Below, one piece after another: positions 11,617 to 28,829 of a stretch of 64,000 bases of DNA. The notes below the pieces were generated by a model, which saw nothing but the letters and a program-made list of their open reading frames with translations, was not told the origin of the DNA and searched no databases. The translations under genes and the position numbers were made by a program. Within the stretch, counting starts at the first letter, position 1, and each line of letters starts with the position of its first letter. Source of the stretch: Chrysomallon squamiferum (lineage: Eukaryota; Animalia; Mollusca); assembly GCA_012295275.1 (NCBI GenBank), contig CM022673.1:16430001-16494000 (forward strand), read 5' to 3'.

Positions 11617-13272
11617 TTAGAGGACTGGTTCAGATTTGTGCTTCTTGTTGGTACTGACACTTTCTTCATAATTACACAGTCTGCGTTTCTGTGATTCTTC
11701 ATTTGTAATGATTATTGATTCTCCTTGATAAACCTGATTATTTAGCACTGCTGCATTTGAATTTGTTACAGGTAGAACGTCATACTGAGAAGCAGATGAG
11801 TGTGTTGCACTGCCTACATTACCAACATCCTGCTGCCTGACATTGTTTTTTGTGCTAACATTAATGTCCTGGGTTGCTATAACATTTGATGACAAAGTAC
11901 CTTGCTGGATGCTAGGTACATTATTCTGTACTAAACATGGTTCAGTTTTTTCAGTTTTAACAGACTGCAACCTTTCAGATGTTACTGAAGCTAGAAGTGA
12001 CAACTGATTTGAGACAAAGTCATCAGGATTTTGGTCTACATGAGTCTGTTCAGAAGTGGTCAAGGCACCAGAATTATAATTCAAATTTTTGTGATTGTAT
12101 ACACCTTCTGTACTGGACATGTGGTTCACTACAATCTGCTGGTTCTGTTCAATTTGATTCAAGTCGTCCTGAGTAACAGCTGCTAATATTCTCAGCTGAT
12201 TAGTCTTGGCAGTGTTAGTAAATCCCACAGTACACTCTTCTCCAGTCCTGACTGCCTCCAGTTTGTCTGATTCTGCTATTTCTACTTCAGTGTCATTCTG
12301 ATTATGAACATACTGTGGTATCTGCTCCTGCTCAATAACAACCTGGATGTCTCCTTTGTGCTGCCCAGCACTATCATCCTGCCTGTGAATAACAACTTCT
12401 ACCTGTTGGGCTTGTTCACCACTATTGTGTTGTGTTTCATCCTTATTAGCATCATTCTGAAACAGAAATCCACCTCGTGAAAGCTGCATTAACAACTCGC
12501 TCAAATACAACTCATCGTTTGTTCCAAACACATCAATTCCCTGAACAGTGATAACTTTTTCTTGGTTAGCAGGAAGCGTTTCATCAGGACTGGAAGATAT
12601 GACTGTTTCACAAACATTCATGATATCTGGCTGATCATGTTCTGCTTGAATAACTTGCTCATCGCCTGTTACAAACAAATGCTCCTCATTCACATTTTGT
12701 CCCACAGTTCCAGGATAGAAACTACATGATGATGTAGAAACATCAGTTTCACAAGTCTCAACTGGTATAACATGCACTGGTACTGAAGAACCTCCTTGAA
12801 ATTCCCCTGAACAAAATTTGTTGAATTTAGTCTGCCAATCAGTTTCCTTTTTCCTCGTAGAAACTATATACTCATCTTCAGCTTCTAATGGTGGTGACTG
12901 CACATCTCCCACTCGATTGCATGGGTATCGGACATGCATCCGCATTCGCTGCAAACTATCAAAAGCTTTTTTGCATATGTAGCACTGGAAAGGAAGGTTC
13001 TTACTACATTCATCTGAGGTAGGTTCTGTCTTTGGTCTCAGGAGAATTTCACCACCAGTTGCAAGTCTAAGTGCATCAGCTTCTTTGTCAACTTTTTGAC
13101 TCATGTTATATGGACATTTGCTTGGTTTACATGTTTTACTGTGTCTCCATCTAGATATTGGATCCTCAAACTGCTGCATGCAGTGTCTACACCAGAACAC
13201 TCTTGCTGATGGTATACTGAGGCGATGACAAGGATGAGTGGAAACAGCATCAATATTTGACATCTTGTCCAT
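11617..13272 (-). CDS. Uncharacterised zinc-finger protein (two CCHC-type classical-fold fingers plus a long Q/E/V-rich tail), single coding exon, 551 aa
   Basis: 1.65-kb open ORF in AT-rich DNA. Fingers: C-x2-C-x12-H-x3-C (FWCRHCMQQFEDPISRWRHSKTC) and C-x2-C-x12-H-x4-C (FQCYICKKAFDSLQRMRMHVRYPC). Basic C-terminus (QKRRL...KKHK). An acceptor AG at 13277-13278 lies 4 nt before the ATG. A probable non-coding first exon ends at 14376 (AAAG|GTATAA). Confidence 0.88.
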   Translation of the reverse strand: MDKMSNIDAVSTHPCHRLSIPSARVFWCRHCMQQFEDPISRWRHSKTCKPSKCPYNMSQKVDKEADALRLATGGEILLRPKTEPTSDECSKNLPFQCYICKKAFDSLQRMRMHVRYPCNRVGDVQSPPLEAEDEYIVSTRKKETDWQTKFNKFCSGEFQGGSSVPVHVIPVETCETDVSTSSCSFYPGTVGQNVNEEHLFVTGDEQVIQAEHDQPDIMNVCETVISSSPDETLPANQEKVITVQGIDVFGTNDELYLSELLMQLSRGGFLFQNDANKDETQHNSGEQAQQVEVVIHRQDDSAGQHKGDIQVVIEQEQIPQYVHNQNDTEVEIAESDKLEAVRTGEECTVGFTNTAKTNQLRILAAVTQDDLNQIEQNQQIVVNHMSSTEGVYNHKNLNYNSGALTTSEQTHVDQNPDDFVSNQLSLLASVTSERLQSVKTEKTEPCLVQNNVPSIQQGTLSSNVIATQDINVSTKNNVRQQDVGNVGSATHSSASQYDVLPVTNSNAAVLNNQVYQGESIIITNEESQKRRLCNYEESVSTNKKHKSEPVL

Positions 13273-14467
13273 ATCACTATAATAATAACAATTACAGTAA
13301 TAACAACAACAACAGTAAAAGGTGCACTGTAATTGCTATATTATTATGGTTTTTATGCTGTTAAATGATACAGAAAAAATTTACAATTAAAACATCTATT
13401 TGTGACCACTCAACAACTGTAGTTCACATATTACTGGTAATAAACAGTGTATAAATCTGGGTATAAATGTATTTAAAAATAAATAAATAAATAAAACTAT
13501 TCTGAACATCTAATAATTAATCTCATTAATATGAAACTGAAGAAGAAAAAAACAAATCTGAGAATATTTTTAAATAAAACAACAACAATGAATGCAAGAA
13601 TAATATTAATAGATTAGAATTTTAATATTAGTACAGGCTATTGCTGCATTATTATTTTAAAAATGTTATTTTACTGTTATTGACACACATACACAAATGC
13701 TGTCTTTAGATTTTGATACAAGCTACATTACTCTGTTAGATTTTGAACAATTTTAGCATTAGTTTGTTTTCTTTTACATAATAGGTTTGATGTCATTTAA
13801 ATACAAATGCATTCTAAGTACTGAATAATCTTTAAAAGTGTTTGATACCAAATCAGGAACACAAACTTTAGGAAATATTTTATGTATCTAAGTCAAACAA
13901 GCTGACTGTAGCCTAACTGCATAAACATTAGAATAAAGAAATTAAAGAAAAAAAACATGGTTTTTCAAGGGTTTTCCATTAGTAAATATGTCTACATATG
14001 CTATTTTCTGAAGTTTTTAATTTGAAAGATCAGATGTCATGTTGAAGGTTTTACACTATGTAATACTGTTAATATCGTAAGATGTTAAATATGCAAAGTA
14101 TCATTATTTATAATTTATTCATAAAATAATAATAACATTTTATAATTATTTTTAAATGAAATGTTTAATAATCATAATGTCTATTAGTTTAGAAATTTGA
14201 GATCATTAACGTTTTCAATTTCACTAAATCAGTAAAATTGTTATCAGAATTACTTCCCTTCCTGAATTTCTCTTAAACTTTCACTAATATTTATTTCATA
14301 AAATATTTTAGAGAGTAGAGATTTCTGGGCATCTTACAAATACTTTCAAAAAACAATATGAAATAATTGTTATACCTTTGACGATGCATAACTATCCAAA
14401 TATTTCTGATTATTTACGTGAAAAATTGTTACAAATAACGACTTCCATGACAGGTTTTTCATGTAAG

Positions 14468-14485
14468 AGCGACACCTAGCGGTCA
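14468..14485 (-). promoter_or_regulatory. CTCF-like motif
   Basis: The minus strand reads TGACCGCTAGGTGTCGCT, close to the bilaterian CTCF core (TGGCCACCAGGGGGCGCT-like). It lies at the presumed 5' end of the zinc-finger gene. Confidence 0.5.
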
Positions 14486-14594
14486 ATATATCATGTAAAA
14501 CAGGAAAACTGAACCGCGAACAATCCTAATGTTTTAAATATATTAATATTTTCCCTTTCATTTACAGCCTTGGAGCTTCTTTGTAATAAATTTA

Positions 14595-14604
<10 letters not shown>

Positions 14605-14672
<68 letters not shown>
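14605..14672. repeat. (GA)n microsatellite
   Basis: About 34 uninterrupted GA units. Confidence 0.95.
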
Positions 14673-14677
<5 letters not shown>

Positions 14678-15074
14678 TAACTGAAAATATGCGTTTATAA
14701 TGCTCAGATGCTGTCGACAGTCTTTAAAGTTATAGTTAACATAGCATCTTTTTTTCTAATAATAAATGAAAAAATATATTTTTTAAAATTCATTTTTAAA
14801 ATACAAATTATCACTCGTAGGATTAACGTTTCAAGCATCATATTAATTTCTTTCCTTGAACTGCTTATTTTATCTCATATTTCACGATTACCAGTGCTCT
14901 CTGCCCTTGACAAACTATTCTTTATTATGTATGACCTGGACAAGATAAGTGACTATTGAATAGTATTGTTGTTAGAGGTATTTGAAAATCAAAACATAAA
15001 ACGATCTTAAGAACAAAAATCAATATCTCTTTTAAATACATATTTCGACGTATGTATTATTACTGTTTTTTAAT

Positions 15075-15420
15075 TACAAACTGCCCCAAATCAAAACTTC
15101 CATGAACCTGTTAACGGACAAATAAATATTGTCATATAACATATATTCATTTATGATTGAAAAAAAAAAATTGTCTAAATAAAGAAGAGACAGAAAAATT
15201 AACAACAAAAAATAATAAACAAATAAATTTAAAAAAAAATCTAGTATATACATATCTTCTATATATACAAACTGCCCCAAATCAAAACTTCTACGAAACT
15301 GTTAACGGACAGATAAATATTGTTATACAAGATCGATTAATTTATAATATTAATTTATTCTTTTCTAAATAAAGAAGAGAAAGAAAAAGAACGACAATAA
15401 ATAAATAAATTTAATAAATA
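15075..15420. repeat. ~191-bp diverged tandem duplication
   Basis: TACAAACTGCCCCAAATCAAAACTTC...TGTTAACGGACA.ATAAATATTGT starts at 15075 and again at 15266. TCTAAATAAAGAAGAGA recurs at ~15174 and ~15364. Confidence 0.9.
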
Positions 15421-15672
15421 AAAATAAATAATATATATATGTGTGTGTGTGTGTGTATTTATATTTATATTACTTTCTAATAAAGTTATTGCTAAATGTT
15501 TTCTTTAACCGACTGGTAATGGACACTAATATATTACGTTGGTCAGTCTCATATATCGGTAGAATGGTATCGACATCGGTCTATTTGTCGCCATATTACG
15601 CTAGAAAAACTTCCTGAAAACAAATGTGTTCTCAAAGTAATGTCCTAATTGTGTGGTATTCGTGAAATTGTT

Positions 15673-20029
<4,357 letters not shown>

Positions 20030-21276
20030 TAACCAAAAATTTCAGCTGAACATCACCTGATTCTGTTTTTCTTCTAATGTGTGGTCTCTGAACAGGAAAT
20101 CTTTTGAGAACAACAATGTTTTAAAGAATTTCTGGATTCATACTTTTGTCATCTACTAATAATACTGATATTCTGTAAATTATCTGAGACCACAAAATTT
20201 TAAAAAGTAAGTCCAGTTTGGCCAGTATACAGAATAAGGTGATTAAAAAATGGACTGACATTTAAATATGTTACTTCAGGCCCCAAAACAGTAAACCGAA
20301 ATTTGTTAAGCAGATGCTAAATCTGGTTCTACCTTTTTCTAAAAATTAAATAATTGAAATTATTTATTTTTACTATTTGTCTTTATTATATCATAATATA
20401 TTTTTCTTTATATATTCAAAACTGAATTCATTATATTAAATAAAAAATTAATTAAAAAAAACAAATACAACAAAAAACACACCAACACAAAACAACAACA
20501 AAGAACAAAAAAAAAAGAAGCTTATAATGTTACGAAAGAAATAATAGCAGGAAGAAGAATTGTGAACATGTTGTTAGTTGGTTTGTTTACTATGCAGTGA
20601 GAAATGGTGTTTATTAAGAAAGTGTATGTTAATGATACCAAAATAAATCATTTAGTTAAGTATTCATAACTTTAAACTGATATATTTTCTATCAGCTTTA
20701 TAATTTGTTTATATTTAAAAATTTGATATATCTTTATTGTATACATATATTTTTCCACTTTGATAGCAATTTCTTTTTCTCACAAACAATTATTTTTACT
20801 ATTATTAGTAAGTATTTAGTAATTGTATAGAGAGCTGGCCTTTGGTGTTACTGTAAAAACACAGTTCAAAAGTAATAATGCTGAAGTTATTACTCTAGTA
20901 ATGTGTCTTAGCAGTGTTATGATTGTTAGCGCTCTAGAAAAAAAGTTATTTTCAACAAAACCATTCACATGTATGTTAAGTGCTTTTTAAAGTGAAATTG
21001 CATAATCTATATTATTATGCTTGAAAATAACCACATCAATTAATGCTTCGGTAGGAATGAGGAGTAGGCTTCTTATTGCATTTAACCTTTTGATTACCTC
21101 AGGTTTGATATCCCCAGCTACCACTAAAAATGTAAAAAAGATAAGAAAACCGATAATTTAGTGATGTTATTAATATAACAACAGTTTAATAAAACATAAC
21201 AAACAGAAAAAAAAGCAGTTCTGACTGATACAAATAAAGAGGAATACAGATTGATGGAAATTTTAGGTACACAGTT

Positions 21277-21478
21277 ACTGAAACTCCAGTCATTATTTAT
21301 GCACAGTCATACATGGTCACTGAAATTTCATTCATTATATGTATAGTTGTACAAACTGACTCTATAAACTATCTGAAATTTCAGTCACTATATGTATACT
21401 TGTAACTGCTGACTGAAATTTCACTTGTACTAATTTTTACACAGTGGTTAAAAATTCAGTCATTAAGGTACTGAAAAG
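21277..21478. repeat. Degenerate ~40-55 bp minisatellite (core ACTGAAATTTCAGTCATTAT)
   Basis: Core variants at ~21277, 21319, 21374, 21412 and 21452. Confidence 0.6.
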
Positions 21479-24266
21479 GTTAAATTATATTTAGATATAT
21501 GAACCTAGAAAATGTTTACTATAATGTAATGAAAAATTAATATGCTGAGATGATTGTATATAATAAAAACCATTATAATTCATCCATTGTAAATATCTAT
21601 ATAACATTAATAATTAGTCTGAATGACTGAAAGTGATTGTAAATCAAATGTAATCCTGTTTTTTTAATATATCTTTTTAGTATACGCATGTTTTGTTGTT
21701 TGTGTATATGTGTAAATATGATATTATATGCATATATAGATATATTTTATTATGGATTGTGACACTGTTACCAAGTATATATGGACAGAGCTTTTTCTTT
21801 TGCCTTTTCACAATTATTGTTTATATATAATTAATTAATTAAAAAACAATCTCCATCTGTTTAATAAATTGTGAAAATTAAAACATTTATGGAAAGAAAA
21901 AAAAAAAGAAACCCTTGAAGCAAATAATTTCATTGCAATTCTCCTGTTCTAAATGTAACTGAAATTATTTATACAAGAATGTTCAAAATGTGGACGGTGA
22001 CTTATTGACAGTATTTTAAATCACACACTGATACCTATTGTTATAATATTTTTTTATTTACCTGTATGTATGAAAATGAAATAGTGTTAAGAGATAGGCA
22101 ACATTTTTTATTATTTACAATTGTTGTTTAATAATTTTTTTAAATTCCTAATTTTTGACATACTATGTTACATAACCAATTTTTAATTTAAAATGATTAT
22201 GGTAAATCTCTGTATAACTTCAGTAATGTTTGTATTTGTTTTTACCTTTGTTGAGTGTATTTGTTCCATCTAAAAACCCTTCAAAAAACTTATTTTTTTA
22301 CAAATGGTAATTAATTACAGTCAAAATTATGTTAATTAATTTCTATGTTTTCAAAAATAACAATAACTAAAAAATTTATTTTGATTTGTTGAGAATTCTC
22401 TTCAGTCAGTTATCAAAAGCAATTTATTTGAACAATTATACTTAATATTATAAATATTTTCTGAATAATATGTTGAATTTATAATGCAGTAACTTTTTAT
22501 AATAACACTAAAGAAGTAAGTTATAAAAACTTGTTATATTTTAATGTGATCTAACAATAATACGTTCAGCCATAAAAGTTATTATGAATTTATCTCAGTA
22601 TTTGGATCTAAAAAAAATAATGAATTCATATATATACAAGCTTGTTAAAACTTTATTTCAGTAAATTTATCTAATAAAGCTTGTTATATATTTATATCAA
22701 TATCTGGATCTGAAACAATGAATTCATCTATACTAATTTGTTATATCTCAGTAACTTGATCTCCTGTATGAAATATTACTTGAGGATAAAACTGTCTTAC
22801 TGCTGTGTATAAGTACTGCTGAATTATGTGCAGTGTTGTATGTAGTGTTGTGTGCTTATAAGTGCAATGCAGATAAAGCTGATTAAATGTTCTTTCCTTA
22901 TTTTAACTTTTGTTTTCTTTTTGATAAGGAAGAAAAAGAAGAAATTTATAATTGGACCTGAAGTAATCATCTTGATCAGTTCCAATGGATATTTAAAATA
23001 AAAATATAATAAATGTTATTATAAATAAATTATGAAACACAGATAGAAAATACAAATCTAAGTATCTTTATTTCTTTTTAAAAATTTTCTTTTCTTTTCT
23101 CATTATTATTATTATTATTTTTTAAATAAGATAAATATTTAAATAAATAAATTTTAAAAAATCATGTCATCAAACTAAAGATAATATGACCATTTTTCTC
23201 AAACAAGGGCACTTATCTTTTATAAATATTTCTCAGATGTTCAATTCATATTTATAATTTGTTTTAATTTTGATGTTTATAGGGCATGTCCTTTATCTTT
23301 CAGTCAATATGAAATTTCACTGCTTACAGGTTTAATAAAAATGTACTTCTGTGCAGATTATATATGCTTATATACAGAGGGTGAAAGATAAGGGACTTCA
23401 GATTATTTACTTGGAGTTTAGGTGGAGGTTTGTTATTAATAGTCTTTTTGTTTTCATTTTTGAATTTAAGCAGAGAAAAAATGAATTCATCTAATTAAAG
23501 TAATGTTGGTTTAATACGAACTGCAATATTTACCAGTTACTTGTCTTTCAAATACAATGACATGGAAGTGTCAAGCAGACATACATACATAATCTTCTTT
23601 CTCTTTTTTTTTCTTCATTTATTTTTTCGTTTTTTTTTAAATTGTATCCTGCACAGGGCAAAGTATCTTCCTTTGTTTTATTTATTTACTTACGTATTCT
23701 GGAGTGTTTTGTTCTACATTTGACAGGGTTATTTTCAGCTTAAATTTCATTCTATGATGAAAGAAATCCCTTTTTCCCAGATATGTGTTGCAGTATATAT
23801 ATATATAAATATATTTTTAATGAGTAAATCTAATTTTCATCTTAAAGATTTACATAAGTAAAAGGCTGGAATGACCCTACCCCAACATCTTCAGCTTGAT
23901 GATATGCAGTATTTATTCAATTAGTAATGTGCAAAGTTGTTTACTTATCTTTTTTCATTCTGAAAGTTACCCATCCACAAATGATGGCATCCTGTTTTTC
24001 TGAAATGCTCTGAATTGTGTGAGTGCCTTCTGGTACCCTATTTTAATAGTTTTTTTGTTTTAAATCATGATTTTTTATAATAATAATAATTATTATTATT
24101 ATTTTCTCTTTTTTTTTAATGTGATTGTTACTGTTATTTAATGTTCTGGTTCATTTTGTTTTAACATTACAAATTAATTGTTCCAAAAATGTTAATCAAA
24201 ACATAAAATTATATGATTGATAAATTTTTAAAAATACAATTATACTAAATAATTTATTAATTTATA

Positions 24267-24297
<31 letters not shown>

Positions 24298-25789
24298 GTT
24301 ATTTTAAATGGATTGACAGAGCATGCTTCCATTATAACATTCAGACTGAACATATGTATTTTCTTACATATTCATTGAAATAAATGTTTGTAGTGGCCTG
24401 GTTCCACTAATTTATGTGTTTTGTTGTTTATTTGATACAGTTTTTTTCAAAAACAATAGGTTTTTGTTTGTCACATGTCTGAAGTAACTGTATAATTAAC
24501 AACATTGCAATACATGTGGAGTTTTAAGAAATAATTAATAAAAACATTATTCAGAATATATTATAAATAATAATAATAATAATTTAAAATAAAGAAATAA
24601 ATAAAAATTAACATCAAAATAAATGATAAAACACAATTTATATATACAAAAAAAGCCAACACAATTATAAATCAAATTTAACCAACCTAGCTACTGCTCT
24701 TTATGTTAGCAAACATCATCATGTAATGCCTATTTTCCATTTGTGATCATAATTATCAACTTACTTAAATATTTCTATTGCAGTTTTGTAATATAAAAAC
24801 ATTTTAAAAACATTTGTGAATTCACTGACTTAAGCATCACTGAACATAACTTTGTTAATTATTAGTCTACTAAACTGAGATTCTACTTTAAAATGCCTAC
24901 AACACAGGAATGGTTCTGAAATACTCCAAGCATTAGAAAACTGCTCTAGCAATGAAGTTAAGATGTGCTTCTAATTTGTTTGAACGTTTTGAGTTGTGTA
25001 GTTGGTATAAACTTCATTTAATGCTTTATATAATTTTTATATTTTATGCAATGAACAAATTTCAAGAATTCAGTTCAGTTTTATTTTTTATCACAACACT
25101 AATCTGTATTTATAGATTTAATACCTACAGTATATACGGTACATCTATATTTAAATTTCTAATGAACAAAACTTATTTTACAGTTAAAAATATAACTAAA
25201 ACAACAATCATAAGTATGAAATTACTATAATTAATGAAGAGAATTTTAGTATCAACAATTCAAAATCCTTTACTATTAATATAATTATTATTGATGTAAA
25301 CCATTTCTGGTATAATAATTAAAAAAAATAAATAAATAAATAAAAAAACATCTAAGAAAAAAATATGGCATCATAATGAAATATATTTTACATGCATTTT
25401 CTCACATAAAGGAAGTTATAGGTAAACAACTCGAGAAGAAATAATCAAACTGTTTCAATAAATAATAATTTTGTTGAGAGAATCTGTTTTCTGAACTTGA
25501 ATAGATTATGATTATTCCTCTGTTACTAGCTAAAGTTGACTGACTTATAAAACAATGAAGTCTTTTCAACATTATTAATTTTACACTGTTTATGTCTAAC
25601 AACATTTTATATCAAATAATCGTAATAATGAGTTGTCACATAAAAAATTTGAAGCAGGTAAGTGACAAAATGTCTTATGGACTTGACTGTTACACAGTGC
25701 GTAATATATATACAACTACGGATTTCGTCTATGGAAGGAGGAAATTAAAAAAAGACGTAAAACGCATGGCAGTTGTCATTAGAATAAGA

Positions 25790-28788
25790 ATGGCGGCAAG
25801 TTCTAAACAATTATTTTTACGGCTTTTTATTTTACTTGTTTTGTCCATTAATGAAGTCATTGGTGCCAAGCTAAATGCACCAAAAGTTCTTTTACCTTAT
25901 TACAGTTCTGTTATAACAAATTTTACTTTAGAAGTTCAGTTTTCGCCTGAGGAATCGAAAGGACCCAGTTGTTACAAATGGTAAGAATACAAATTACAAT
26001 ACGATTATAAAATATGAGACGATCAGACAGGTCACATGGTGACATAATAACGATAAAAAAACAAAACAAAAAACAAAAAACAGTTCGTTAATTAACTCCA
26101 GAAAAATGTGCCATTATTTATTACAGTAGTCATCACAGTTATTGTTTATGAATGCTTATAGTTATAGAAAAGTTTTGAAACAGTAGTAAAATTATGCTTT
26201 ATAACTGTTAATAAATATTACAAAATGTTTTATTTAGGAGATCAACAAGACCAGAAGTTGCTCAGATTCATTTATTAAACAGTCGAGATGGGATATGTTC
26301 TTCACAAATTGTGGTTTCAGCAATCTCAAAAACACCTGTTCAGATGACAACAGTTGTGTTGGCAGAAAATTCAGGTATGTGTTCACTTTCTTATTATGAT
26401 TCAAGCGCAATAAATTTATAACTATAGAAACTAGATGCATTGATTGTTATTACAGTGGTAACTGTTGTATATTTTGGTTTGAACACGGTAGCGATAAAAA
26501 TAAATAAAACCTCTCACTGCTATTTGATATGATAAATTTTTAAAATAACAGAAGGTTTGTTCTTATATTCTTATAAACAAAGCAATTATTGATATAGTGT
26601 TTTGTTAAAATTCTATATTTGAAGAGTTTCATTACAAAACCTGATATAACAATTGTTTGATAAAAAACATCATCATGAAACAAAGGTCACTGTGCTTATT
26701 GTTTTTTGAAATTAAACCACATTTCACAGTGCCGGTAATTGATTTATACTGTACTTGACCAAAAGGTGAAAACAGAATGATATTAGGCTACACATTGTCA
26801 GCTGTTGTTTTAAAAATTTAAAATTTTGGCATTTGTGATAAAATCTTTTTTATATATATGACAGTAGCAACCAGTTAAAGTTAATAATAAAACATACATC
26901 ACACAACAACACTGCCACAGGAAAAGGGCAAAATGTTTAATATCTTGTTACCCTAAACTGTATTGAAAACTGTTATATTATTCTTTATTAAATAATGTTC
27001 CTCAGTAACCAGATTTTAAAATAATATTCTTCTTTCAGCCACTGGCGAAGTTCTGAGATGTAATGTAATAGTCAGTGAGATATCCATACTTACCATTGAC
27101 ACAACTACGCGTCTTCTGTATCTAGAAGATTCACCATCAGAACTCATAGTGCGAGGATATGATTCAGAAGGTAAGTAATAAACAGAAAACAAATTATGTC
27201 AGAGAACTTTATGAAAACCATATATAAAACCACATATATAAACTATTTGGATTATGTCTGGATTAGCATTGATTTAATAATGATGTTGTTTATTCTGAAC
27301 AGTCTGATGGGATTTTTTTTTTCAGAAAATGTATTTTCAAGTCTTGGAGGATTGATTTTTGAGTGGAGTTTGGTTTCTGACACAGAAACAGGGCAAGCAG
27401 TCATTGATGCTCATAATATATTAAGGTGATGGTTTTCAGCTGTAGTAGTTTGTTTGGTGGAGGTTTCTTATTTTGTTTAAAAAGTATATTTTAACTGATT
27501 TTAATGTTACTTGTATAAAAATGCTCACATATATATATATATTTTGAATGGGAAAAAGCTTTGATTAAATTTTGATCAGGAACCAATTTCATATTTATCT
27601 GGCATTATAAAAATAAAAATTATTTTCATTATTTGTTTTATTTTTATTTTTTGATAATTATAAAAAAAAAATTAAAATTAAAACATAAAATAGATTAGAT
27701 GAAATTTTAATTTTTTTTTTAAAATTTCTGATTTAAACAAGAAGAAGAAGCTAAGCTGAGTTTTACTAAATGTGAACAATTTTTGTAATTAGAATTAAAA
27801 GATTTGCTGAATCACATTACACCACACCACAGCACATAATACCTCTGGAGCAACGCGGAGTTCAAGGGGACACAATTCTGGTAGAAGGAATCCGAACAGG
27901 AAGTGCTAAAGTCACAACTCGTCTAAAAGATCCTCATTATAAAGTTAGTGTATCTGTTTGTCATTTTCTGATTATAAAAAATTGTTGTTAGCATTTTTGT
28001 TCTTGGTACAGAAAAAAATAGTTAAAAATTCATTTTATCATAATTCTGTAATAGATTTAATACTATATAGAAGATACCTTTTGTTATTTTAGTCTGTCTG
28101 TTGATCTGTATACTATAATGAATTGTTTGATCATGTTTGTTTTATTTTTCATTTAGAACGCTATTCCCTGCAGAGATATACGTATCATGGTCATAGCTAA
28201 CCTGATGCTAAGTCCACCAGACGCTTATGTTTTGAAACACACACAGATCAAATATCTGGTCGAATTACTCAAACACAACACATTGACTGAAATTAAGATG
28301 CCATCCTCCCAGTACTATTTGGAGGTGAAGGATACAACAGTTTGTAAACTGGACAAAAGGTCATCCATTGTCACTGCAGAGGAGTTGGGGTCCACAGAAA
28401 TTGTCCTAAAAGACAAAAGTATCCTTGAATGTTATTTCAAAAGGCAATGTTTTTTTAACTTACTCGTTACCAAGATGGGCACTATCTTTTAACAGTTACT
28501 GAACTAGGGCAGAAACCATTGTAGTAGTTTATGATGAAAACATGGTAAAATAACCAGGAATTGCTGTAATTCAATATATTGTCACTGCTGGTTACTGTAG
28601 ATACAGGGGAAGTCACAATCCGTGATCCCAAAGATAATCGAGAGAATAAAGATATCTCCTTACATTAATGATTTTACAATGTTGTTTTAAGAAAATTCTC
28701 ATGCCACCTTTGTATGTTTCCTCTGTTATGTCAGTAATCAATCAAACTAAATAATTAAAATTAAAAATATTAAGAAAATACTTTTTAC

Positions 28789-28829
<41 letters not shown>

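Noticed and set aside
25592-25789. N-terminal extension of the Nup210 exon 1 ORF
   Set aside because: The signal peptide directly follows the ATG at 25790 (AAGAATGGCGGC context). The upstream in-frame part looks like promoter or UTR.
28530-28625. Box C-like ATGATGA inside the U12 intron (possible snoRNA); similar isolated boxes at 32760, 35110 and 43189
   Set aside because: No properly spaced CTGA box D, terminal stem or recognisable rRNA antisense element.
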